DNA from: an uncultured Candidatus Saccharibacteria bacterium
GTDB taxonomy: Bacteria; Patescibacteriota; Minisyncoccia; Phycocordibacterales; UBA918
Direction: 5' to 3'
Assembly: GCA_964402035.1 (NCBI GenBank)
Contig: CAYOAM010000002.1
Location: 106,111-170,110 of the forward strand
DNA length: 64,000 bases
Below are positions 1 to 10,500 of this stretch, piece after piece. The notes under the pieces were generated by a model, which saw only the letters and a program-made list of their open reading frames with translations, searched no databases and was not told where the DNA came from. How positions within the stretch are numbered: position 1 is the stretch's first letter; the number at the start of each line of letters is the position of its first letter. Made by a program: the position numbers and the translations under genes.

Positions 1-505
1 TGCTCAGATATTCATTATAGCTCGTACGACTCATCAACTTGGAAGTCCGGCTTCCAAGTTGATGTACCCTGTCGTTAAGATTCACATACGCACTGAGATG
101 AAGCAAATAACTGTTTGTGTCGACATGTACTGCTTTGAATTTCCCTTGAAATAGCACGCCTGTCCGTTTATGCCGCTCATTAAAATACTTTGTATACCCC
201 GTACCAAGACGTTGCATAAATTTGGCTATTCCTTTCTCTGATACTTGCCTCAAAATAAAATGGTAGTGGTTTGGATTAATACAATATGCAATAAAATCTA
301 CTAGTTTTTCTTCTTCAGGTTTTAGCGCGCTACTTTTGACGAACGAAAGTTCGTACAAGCTCCCAACAGTGTCTACTCTATTGAATTCGCGCATGCTTTT
401 AAAAAAGCGCTCCCAATCAGAGCGATCTTTCAAGATGTTTCGTTTATCTACTCCTCGGTTGTAGATATGGTAACACTCCCCAACTGAAAAAACGACTTTT
501 CTCAT
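1..505 (-). mobile_element. REP-associated tyrosine transposase (RAYT; Y1 HUH / IS200-like), 3' end outside the window; absent from the ORF track
   Basis: Manual translation from ATG at 505: MRKVVFSVGECYHIYNRGVDKRNI...IAYCINPNHYHFILRQ...FMQRLGTGYTKYFNERHKRTGVLFQGKFKA...YLLHLSAYVNLN. The YHIYNRG, NHYH (HUH) and LFQGKF motifs are typical of RAYTs. Confidence 0.9.
32..64. repeat. REP-like palindrome inside the RAYT coding sequence
   Basis: CATCAACTTGGAAG-TCCGG-CTTCCAAGTTGATG: perfect 14-bp stem with a 5-nt loop. Confidence 0.85.
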
Positions 506-557
506 GCGGAACTTTTTATGTTATGTGTTTTTAGATTCATAACAAAATAGAGTATTT

Positions 558-582
558 GACTTGGAAGCCGGACTTCCAAGTC
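558..582. repeat. REP-like palindrome upstream of the RAYT (inverted copy of the 32-64 core)
   Basis: GACTTGGAAG-CCGGA-CTTCCAAGTC; the loop CCGGA is the reverse complement of TCCGG. Confidence 0.85.
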
Positions 583-592
583 TTCTGTTCGT

Positions 593-1627
593 CTAAGCAG
601 AGGCTTTCGTTCCGGCTTTGACGACGTGCGCTACGAGAGTTGCAGTGTAGCTGGTTTCGTTGTCGTACCAGCCGAGGACTTTGACTAAGGTACCGTCCAC
701 GACACGGGTAAATGCAAGATCTGCAATTGAAGCGTGCGTTGCGCCGATGATATCCGAGGAAACGAGCTGCTCATGCGTAACTGCAAAAAGATTTTTCCAC
801 TGCTCAGACGCTGCCGCTTTTATCATAATCTGATTTATCTCCTCTGTGCTTGTTGGACGAGAAGACACGAAGGTAATATCAACGATAGAGCCAACCGGTA
901 CCGGTACTCGAAGTGCGATGCCGTCGAACTTCCCCTTCAGAGCCGGATACGCTTCTGTCACTGCTATTGCGGCACCCGTTGAGTTTGGCACTATGTTTTG
1001 TGCGGCAGCACGTCCTCGTCGCATGTCCTTCCCACGCGCCGGACCGTCTTGGAGTGATTGTGTGGCAGTATACGCATGCACAGTATTTAAAAGTGCGCGC
1101 TCAATACCAACGCCTTCATGGAGGATTGCAATTAAAGGACTTGCAGCATTGGTGGTGCATGATGCATTGCTACTTATGTCGCAGTTTTTGACATCAGCTT
1201 CATTTACACCCATCAGTACCGTAGCGCCCTTCACACCCGCTGCTACCGGATCGCCAGAAGCTGGGGCCGATATGACGACGTGCTTTGCGCCTGCCGTGAG
1301 GTGCGCTTTTGCTTTTTCGTAGGTCTCAAACACTCCCGTTGATTCAACCACCACATCGATGCCGAGTGCACCCCATGGAAGTTTGGTCGCATCTTTCTCA
1401 CTGATAAATTTGGTTGTCTTTCCATTCACCACTAAAGCACCTTCCTTTACTTCAACAGAAAATGGGCTACGACCATAGGCAGTATCGTACTTCAAAAGAT
1501 ACGCAAGGTTGTTGATGTCCCCCAAGTCGTTTGCAACCACTACCTCGACATCCGAACGTTCTGCGACCATACGAAAAAACGTCCGCCCGATGCGTCCCAA
1601 ACCATTGATTGCAACTTTAATAGCCAT
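593..1627 (-). CDS. gap: Type I glyceraldehyde-3-phosphate dehydrogenase
   Basis: INGLGRIGR NAD-binding motif, SNASCTTN catalytic Cys motif, WYDNE. Confidence 0.97.
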   Translation of the reverse strand: MAIKVAINGLGRIGRTFFRMVAERSDVEVVVANDLGDINNLAYLLKYDTAYGRSPFSVEVKEGALVVNGKTTKFISEKDATKLPWGALGIDVVVESTGVFETYEKAKAHLTAGAKHVVISAPASGDPVAAGVKGATVLMGVNEADVKNCDISSNASCTTNAASPLIAILHEGVGIERALLNTVHAYTATQSLQDGPARGKDMRRGRAAAQNIVPNSTGAAIAVTEAYPALKGKFDGIALRVPVPVGSIVDITFVSSRPTSTEEINQIMIKAAASEQWKNLFAVTHEQLVSSDIIGATHASIADLAFTRVVDGTLVKVLGWYDNETSYTATLVAHVVKAGTKASA

Positions 1628-1684
1628 AGAAAAAGAACATTATAAATAACAAGAGATAATGCCTCTATCGTAGCATGCTTACCC

Positions 1685-1735
1685 CTTCCTCCAAGGACAG
1701 CCCTTGAATAGTCTAAGGACTCTCCTTGGAGGAAG
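1685..1735. repeat. REPIN-like doublet: 21-bp inverted repeat whose arms each contain a short palindrome
   Basis: CTTCCTCCAAGGACAGCCCTT (1685-1705) versus AAGGACTCTCCTTGGAGGAAG (1715-1735): 2 mismatches, 9-nt spacer, each arm with AAGG-N5-CCTT. Confidence 0.7.
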
Positions 1736-1751
1736 TTTTGCAATACCTCAC

Positions 1752-4514
1752 CTACCGCCCTATGTCGTAGAGGCGTTTTATTTCGGTTGCAGAAAGTGCA
1801 CGGTTGTAGATCCGTACATCGTCCAAATTACCATTAGTAATGTCGCTGCTTCCCGTGCGACCTCCTATAAAGAGACTCTCGCTTGTAGTTCTGAGGGCTT
1901 CATTTTCTGTGCTATGGAGCGTAAGCGATTGACCATTCCAATATAGTGCACCCGTGCCAGAACTCGATATATATGTCGCACAAAGATGATGCCATGTATT
2001 TAAGGTAAACGGACGAGGATCAGTGTTCTGCTTTACGTCTAAGACAGTATTGGGCGCTACGTAGGTTGCTCCTGTGTTAAAAACTAGAGCTTCATCTACC
2101 CCAATCGTATTAAACTCAAAAACATAATTGCCCGTATTAGCTGTACTTGAACGAGCGATAATATCTTGCCAACCTGCGGTAGCATTATTTCGACTCGTTC
2201 TTCTATATACCCAAGCACAAATAGTGATCTCGCTTGAAGGTGCAATACCCGTACCTGCATTAATATAATCGTCAACGCCATCAAACTGAATCGCTTGCCC
2301 TATTTTCCCCGGCACTGTTGTTGATGCATGATTTCCCCAATCACTGCGTGTCGTACTCTTTTTATTAATAATCTCGCCAGTTGTTGAACTCGTATCCACA
2401 TCTAAGCCATCAAAAGTCGTATAATACATGAGACCAGTTTCTAGAGACGTATTTGCTCCTGCCATGGACGTGTTCACTTTTGCGGTAGCACCGATAGCGT
2501 AGAGGCGATTGACTTCGTCTGAAGAGAGAGCGCGGTTATAAATACGAACATCATCAATATTTGCATTTGAATAATGGACAGGAACATCATTGTATCCGCT
2601 ACCAACCAAATAGGTCCCCGTATTTACACCTGTTGTTATGCTTAGTGTGGATGAAGCTAATACACCATTTCTATAAATCTTCAAATTTGTCAGGTCATGT
2701 ACCACTACAATATGCTGCCACTCATTTACAGCATAAGTTGTGTCAGCAGCCTTCGCAGTGTTATCCCAATTGTAAGCCCAGATACGATTTATAGTACCAT
2801 AATTTGTCGATGTACCAACCATGATGCCAAAATATCCCGCATCATCCATAATTAGCGGACTTAAACTGTATATATTTGATGCGGTCCTTCCATAATCTAA
2901 GGGATATACCCAGATCGCAATCGTTTTCGCTCCGGATCCAAGCTGAGCAATTGTTCTGTTGGTTGAAACATAATCATTTACGCCATCAAACTGGATTCCC
3001 TGTCCTATTTTTCCAGGCACCGTTGTTGTTGCGTGATTGATCCAATCTCCACGAGTGGTACTTTTCTTGTCGATAATTTCACCTGTCGTAGAACTCGTAT
3101 CAACATCAGCTCCATCGAACGTCCAGTGCCCCACGAGTCCATTTTCCAAAGCGGTGTTTGCCCCACTCATAGAAGTATTGATTTTCGAAGTAGCGCCGAC
3201 TTGGTAGAGACGTTTGATTTCGTCAATAGATAGCGCACGAGTATAAATCCTAAAATCGTCTATTGATCCAAGAAAAGAAGTACTCGTATCACTCACGAGA
3301 GAAATGAGCAGCGTACCGCTCCATGTACCAAGGCCAGAGCTTGAGGACCTTTCCACACCATCTACATAGAGTTTGATCGTATCAGCCGTCGTGTCCCACG
3401 TGGCGACGACGTGCGACCATGTACTTGTACCGATAGCGCTCACGGGCGTCGTCGCTTCATCGAGTGTCCCGCCACGTACGTGCACATACGACCACCGATC
3501 ATTGAAATTGTCGTAGTTCAACGATAAATAATTAGATATATCGGTAAATATCGTGAAAACGTTCTTGTCAGTGGTAATGGAGTCTGCAAAATCCCGTTTC
3601 ATCCACAATGCGATGCTACCGGTATTAGTATTTACCGCACTATTCACCGAACTTATGTCAAGACCAGTTTCAGTGCCTTCAAAATACACAGCACTACCAA
3701 TCTTTCCTACAGCATCAATCACCGCATTTTGTGGTATTGCGGTATATCCTTTGCCTGTGTGGTCTTTGTAGCCATCAGAATAGACGATCACGCCAAGCTG
3801 ATTTAGATCAAAGTCTCGGGACGTCGACGAGTCAGCATCTGGCATTATTTTCACCCGGAAATTTGCATTGCTCAGTTCTGACGTCGACCACGTACGTCCC
3901 CATTTGTAGAAACTACTCCCATAGAAATCTACTTGGTCAGTTATTCCAAGATCTGCAGAACTTTCTGCAGCTGTCCAACTCGTACCACCATCCCACGAAA
4001 GAGCAATACAAAACAGATTATTCCCTGTGGCGCTATCCACCTTGCCGACCGTAAACAACTGAATACCTTTAATAGGATCGTTCGATGTTACCGATGACAC
4101 CGATATATTAAAATCTTGAAACACATGTTGATCATCTTCGCTTTGCGGAAAGGTTCCACAACCGTCAACGGAAGTTGCAGAGCCAGAATTGGTATCTCTC
4201 ATATAACCCGTATCAAGGACCGCAGCATCCAACAGCCCTGTACCCGATGTAGTTTCAAACCCATTATTATCACCCGCACCTGAAGATACGGAAGAACTGG
4301 CGGTCGTGACAAGGGTCGCATTGCTCGATGTTGCATGCCCTCCGTCAAATGACCAATACGCAATTAATCCATTTTCGAGATTGGGATTAGAGCGAAGGGA
4401 TTGACTGAAAATAAGTATCGCGCGAGATGCGAGTGGATATGCACCAATGATAACCATGGCGATAACACCGAGGATGACGAGTTTGAGGTGGGTTTTGAGG
4501 AAGGTTTTGAGCAT
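1752..4514 (-). CDS. N-terminally anchored/secreted protein with three LamG (concanavalin-A-like) domains
   Basis: Hydrophobic N-terminus; three repeats of GL(I/V/M)xxxxFDG...GKIGxxxxFxG...DDxRIYxRALS. Likely start is MLKTF at 4514 rather than 4589. Confidence 0.85.
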   Translation of the reverse strand: MLKTFLKTHLKLVILGVIAMVIIGAYPLASRAILIFSQSLRSNPNLENGLIAYWSFDGGHATSSNATLVTTASSSVSSGAGDNNGFETTSGTGLLDAAVLDTGYMRDTNSGSATSVDGCGTFPQSEDDQHVFQDFNISVSSVTSNDPIKGIQLFTVGKVDSATGNNLFCIALSWDGGTSWTAAESSADLGITDQVDFYGSSFYKWGRTWSTSELSNANFRVKIMPDADSSTSRDFDLNQLGVIVYSDGYKDHTGKGYTAIPQNAVIDAVGKIGSAVYFEGTETGLDISSVNSAVNTNTGSIALWMKRDFADSITTDKNVFTIFTDISNYLSLNYDNFNDRWSYVHVRGGTLDEATTPVSAIGTSTWSHVVATWDTTADTIKLYVDGVERSSSSGLGTWSGTLLISLVSDTSTSFLGSIDDFRIYTRALSIDEIKRLYQVGATSKINTSMSGANTALENGLVGHWTFDGADVDTSSTTGEIIDKKSTTRGDWINHATTTVPGKIGQGIQFDGVNDYVSTNRTIAQLGSGAKTIAIWVYPLDYGRTASNIYSLSPLIMDDAGYFGIMVGTSTNYGTINRIWAYNWDNTAKAADTTYAVNEWQHIVVVHDLTNLKIYRNGVLASSTLSITTGVNTGTYLVGSGYNDVPVHYSNANIDDVRIYNRALSSDEVNRLYAIGATAKVNTSMAGANTSLETGLMYYTTFDGLDVDTSSTTGEIINKKSTTRSDWGNHASTTVPGKIGQAIQFDGVDDYINAGTGIAPSSEITICAWVYRRTSRNNATAGWQDIIARSSTANTGNYVFEFNTIGVDEALVFNTGATYVAPNTVLDVKQNTDPRPFTLNTWHHLCATYISSSGTGALYWNGQSLTLHSTENEALRTTSESLFIGGRTGSSDITNGNLDDVRIYNRALSATEIKRLYDIGR

Positions 4515-4575
4515 ACGTTTTTTAGGATGTGTATCCCAAGGACCGTCCTTGGGATTGCTGCCTGGTCTCAACAAT

Positions 4576-7500
4576 TTATCCTCCATCACCGCTCTCCGGA
4601 GCAGGCTCAGGCGATGGTTCTGGTGATTGTTCAGGAGCTGGCTCAGGGTCCGGTACTGGTTCGATCACCGGATCTCCTCCTTCTGGAGGCACATCTTCCG
4701 CAGGTGGAGGAGGATCAATAGGTGGGTCATTTGGGATCTCTTCTACCACAGGGCGAACGACCACACACTCTCCCGCCACCGTCTTTGTCTCTCCGTTTTC
4801 AATCGAGAGACAATACGGTTCGCCCGTTGCTTCGTCATAGAGCGTAATACCGGTACGCTTCTCACTTGTACCGACCGTGAGTGTGTCGGCAAAGAGGCCT
4901 TTGAAGTATGCAACACCATTTTCTATAGTGATACCAAGATCATGGAGTACACCCAAGACTCCCGAACTGCCCACTGCTGCCCCACCGCCCGCAAGCAGAG
5001 TCTCTAAACTCACGACACGAGTCTCGAGGCTATCGACCTTGAGTGAAAGTGCTTGTGTGGCAGCGATATTGAAAGTAGCCAGTTTGTATATATCGACACC
5101 TTTTCCATCTGCTGAGAGGACGGCCGAAGGTGCTTCCTCCGCAATGAGACCAAGGCGCAACGGCGCACTCTCCTCTTCTGTATTGTATCGATACTGCGCT
5201 ACCTGTATATTTTTTAAGTCTGCAATTATAGCATCAGTGGTTGACGCACTGATATGCGTAATGTCTTTCTTGGCACTCTCGGTTGATACGTTTACAAAAG
5301 ACTGTGCCGCAACATCGCCAACCACCTGCAGTGCATATTGTGGTGATGTGGTGCCGATACCAATGTTTCCTGATACTGGATCAATGTAAAAATCATTGTC
5401 CGCAAAACGATGCGTGTAGTTCAGGAAGACATCAATGGTTGAAGTTGAAGTTGTCGCAAATGTCTCAGCATCAAGTGCAAAACCGATAATCACTCCTGTT
5501 GAAGTTGCACGAGCAGCGTAGCCTGGTTCGCCGCCAACAGAGATCGGATCACCGATAGCAATAACGCCACCCTCGTTGCTTACCCGTACTGGTACGCGTC
5601 CAGCAAGAGCCAATGGGATTTTTGCTTCTGCTGTAACATCATCGGTAAATCCTCCAAGCAGAAGTCCAGGATCCGATGAAACCACGCCCGCAAAACGGGT
5701 ACTTGTGGTACTTGCAACTGCCGTATCAAAACGAGACACGTGTCGAGCATGATCCGGATCAAACATCACAACTTCACCTTTTTGCAGCGTAAGGTCAGTA
5801 CTCAAGTACACTTCAGCCAAATCCAAGCCCGCAAGCGAAGAGCCTTCGGCATAGACAAAACCACGCGTGCGCGCCGACGATGCACAGGTGTTGCCTGCAC
5901 CATTGTCGACACAAAGTGCTCCGTCTGCGATAAGTACCGAGCCGTATGGCACGTTGGTCGAATCAAGTACCGTGTTGGTCGATGTACCAAAAACAGAGCG
6001 AGCTTTCTGGAGCGCACCGGAGCCATTGGATTGTCCATAGATCGTGAAGAGCTGATTGCTATCTATCTGTGCCGAGAATGACTGCACAGCGCCCGATGTT
6101 GATGATGCACTGATCGGCAAATTGATCCAACTGAGTACCCCTGCATCATTTTCAAATTCTATTGGACCCGTGTTCAAACGTTCTATATACGTATTGTTTG
6201 CCACCGGATCATACGTAATTGCCCCACTGTATACATCAAGCCCGGTATTGATCGATGTTGTCGCCATCGAAATACTAAACTTTGTTGATGTCGCAGAATA
6301 ACTATCCGTCGATGTGCCAATTGAGAACACACCACCAAGATTTGAGATGAGCCAGTTTTTCATGTTGGTACCTGCATCAGTGTCGGTGAGTGCGAGGTAT
6401 GGTGTTGAAGAGGCAATATTGAGTGTCCAATTTGGCGACGATGTACCAATACCAACATTGCCACCATTGAGGACAGTCATACGGAGACTTGACCCTGCGT
6501 TTGTATAGAAGTTGATCGCCTCACTTGCTCCCGTACCAGAGGTAAGTGATAAATTATCACTTGCGGTCACACTTAGGTTGGTGAGACCAAAGACTCCACT
6601 CGCATCAAAAGAGCTGTAGTTTGTCCCTCCATCATTCATAACCACAACCAACGGATCCGAGGCACCATTAAATACGGTGAGATCAACGTTGTCTACACTC
6701 GCATCACCCACCACAAAAACCGGTACATTAGTTCCATCATTTTCAGGGAGAATTAAGTTCAATCGATTTGCATCTGCATCCGCCGTCTCCCAGACAAACT
6801 TCGCATCGGCGCTCGTGCCAAGACTACTGTACTGATCGTCGGGTAACTGGAGTCGAGTGGTTGGATTACTCATGCCCAAACCAACATTTCCCTCTTGCGT
6901 AATCGTAAATCGTGATGATGTTGCCGTGAGTGCATCAGATGAGGTACCGATACTGAACACCCCACCAACATTTGAAAGCAACCAGTGTTTTTGATCTGTC
7001 CCCGCATCAGTATCGGTGAGCGCAAAGTAGGCACTTGTTGAAGCAACCTGGAGGGTCCAGTTTGGTGTCGTGGTGCCAATACCAAGACTGCCAGACGAGA
7101 GCGTACCCTGTGTGCCGTTTATATTTGTGCCAAACAATATATTTCCGATATTGAGCGTATTTGTGGCAAGTGCATTTGGTGCATCAATATCATACCCAAG
7201 CACGATATTGTTTGAACCGCTGGTAAGATTGTTGCCAGCGCCATATCCAACGAGCACATTATTATTCCCTGTCGTGTTTCCAGATCCAGCTAAAGTACCA
7301 ATAAATACATTATTCTGCGATGCTGTGACACCAGAAACACCCAGTCCTGCACCATACCCAACAGCGACTGTTGCAGTTGCGGATCTGTTTAAATATAGTG
7401 CTGCTGCACCAATTGCGACAGAATTTGCTCCTGATGTACTTCGTAGCAAAGCATCCCAACCGACTGCAGTATTAAAGGTTCCTGTTGTATTACTGTTCAG

Positions 7501-10500
7501 CGCACCATACCCATTACCAGTATTGTATGTACCAGTTGTGTTACTTGAGAGAACGAAGGCCCCGCTCGCTGTATTATAATTACCGCTTGTATTATTCAAT
7601 AATGCATTAGTACCGACAGCAGTATTATTACTACCCACCGTATTACTAAAAAGTGCATTCGTACCAACAGCAACACTGTAAAAACCAGTTGTATTGAAGG
7701 TTAATGTGTTGTAGCCTACCGCCGTATTTTCAATTCCATTTGTGTTGTTTCGTAGTGCATTGTCGCCAATTGCTACATTCTGAATACTTGAGGTGCTGGT
7801 ATAGAGCGCATTTGATCCAATAGCAATATTGCCGTCTTGTTTTCCACCCAACGTCAGTATTGGTATACCTGAGATATCATTAATCGTAAACGCACGACTT
7901 GTCGTACTAATTTCCTTTATAGAAACAGAATCAAGTGCCCACGCAGATGTATTTGCAACAGTATTCCCGGTAAATGTAATGGTCTCTGTACCCGTTACTC
8001 CTGAATCAAACGTGACGGTTGATGTACCAGCACCAAAGGGTCCCCAATTCTGATATGCATTTACACTTGGTGACAAAAAGTACGTCACTTGCTCACGGGT
8101 GGTTGAAGAAATATTTAAGGTAAGTTGGTAGGTCTTTCCTGCAACAACTGCAAATGTTGTTGAGGCACTCGAACCAGTACATCCGGAGACGTTTGATACG
8201 ATATTGCCCGCACTCCATGCGACACACGCGCCCAGGTTCCAGCTACTTGCGTCCGTATCAAAATTGCCATTCGTGATAAGTTCGCTTCCGTACGTTGGCG
8301 TATCACTATTGATCGACAGTTTTGCAGTTGGTGTTGTGCTACCAATACCTACTCGGCCAGTATTTGTAACCGTAAATAGACTGCCGTCAACATTTGCAAG
8401 GTTGAAGATATCACCCGTTCCCAGCTGTGTTAAGTTTGCCAACGCTACCGACGTTGAGCCAGTCATTGTAAGGAGGCTATACCCAACTTCGCCTGGAGTA
8501 TCGAGTGTGATGCGATTGGTCTCAAGATAGCGAGTGTTGGTACCCCCATCAGAAATGCGCTCGGCTCCTGGGCCAGAGTAGCGATTTCCTGAAAGCGTGT
8601 TGTCGGTACTACCTGCAAGGAATCCTGAAATTTCAATAGCATATCCGGTGCCCTCAAAGTCAGTAATTTGGTTATTACTAATGATATTTTGATCACCCAG
8701 CAAGAAAATGTTGCTATCCGCCGAATTTCCAGCGGCATTATATATGACATTGCCATCAATCACACTATCACTCATACCAAAAGCTGAGATAGCACTCCCT
8801 GTCGTACTACTAATACTATTTCCCCTAATCGTAATTGCTCTAGGTGGTGTAAATGAGTAATCTACAGCAATACCACTACCTGCTATATACGCAAGGATGT
8901 TATCGGTAACCATCACCTCTCTCGAATCTTCACCAATCTTAATGCCGTCAAATGCAACACCTGAAATATTATTGTGGGACACATCGGCACCAATAAGTTG
9001 TGCCGCATCTACACCACGCACACCCGAGCCGCGTATCGTGTTGCCGCGCACCATAAGGCCATAGGTATACTGTCCAACGTTTGCACTGCCAGCATAAATA
9101 GACCGATCCCCTGAGTCTATAATCTGATTGTCGATAATCCGCACATTGTTTGCTTTCACTCGCACTGCGGCGCTATTTGACCCACCAAAATCTTGTACAT
9201 AAAGATTTTCAATGGTCGAACTTGCGGATCCCTCATTAAAATACAGCCCATCCCAGCCTTGAGAGACATGGTGATTGTGTATATTCCCGTCCATGCTGAG
9301 GTTTGAAACTCGCACATATGGAGCGACCGAATAGATCGCATAGTTGTTTACTGAATCAGAGAGTGTTGAAGAAGCTACGACTAACTTTGTGCCATTCCCC
9401 GCTCCGATCATTGTGGTGCCCGTTGCCAAAACGATCGAAGCACTTTCTGAAGTTGAAATTCTCGTTGAAGTTCCAAGATAATAATTTCCCTCAAGAAGGT
9501 AGACAATACCACCATGCGTTGAAGATGCATTTCCCGCTACATACGCAGCATTGATAGCGCGATTAATCTCAACCTCGTCACGAACACCATCTGCTATATA
9601 ATCAGCTTTTTCCTTGTTATTCGAGTCAGACGCAGCAACGATAAAAGTTGCCGTACTCCTGTCTCCCTGCCACGTTCCAGATGCGTACGTGTACATCTGC
9701 CCGCGATCAGTCCTAAAGTACATGGTGCCTTCTAGCGGACTAGTCGGGAAAGAAGTGCCGCCGATGATGCGGATTGTTGAAGACGCCACTAGATAGGTGG
9801 TCGTCGCGTTTTGTGTCACTGTGGATGCAAACGAGACGTTGCCTCCAAAACTTGGATTGGTGTTAAACACAAGTGAACCAGTGCCTGTTTCATCTCCCAA
9901 GATTGAAAGAAGTTCGGCTGATGTATCAATCGAGGTACTTCCAAGCTTGTTGCCAAAGATCGTGAAGTCAGAGGACGTCAAAAGACCAAGTGCATTAATG
10001 CTACTTGCCTGAGGGATATTGAGCGTATGAATGTTACTACCAGATGAAAATCCAAAGCCACCATCACTCGAGGTTGTTGCAAAGATCTGTGTAGCTCCCG
10101 TCTGGCCATTGAGCGACGTGAGCGCTGTTGCAGGAAGACACGTGCCATTCATGGCAAAACAGCCAGTCGCGATATCAATGCCGTTTCGTGCTGTTGTTGA
10201 TCCCGTATTTGAAATACTAAAAAGTGTCGTTGTCGCTGTTGCTGTCGAAGAAGCAAGGGCAAACAGTGTCGTGCTGCCATAACTGGCAGGAGTATGAATG
10301 GCAAAGCGCGCTGACGGAGAGGATGTACCAAAACCAATACTGCCTGATTGACCATTGATCCTAAATTGCTCGGTCACGACTGGTGTGATGTTTGCAACAC
10401 GAACGACAAAATCGGCAGACGTATCCGCAGAACGAATGACAGCGATTTCACCACGTCCTTGGGTAGCGGCTGCCGTCGTACTATTTATGAAACGTAACGT

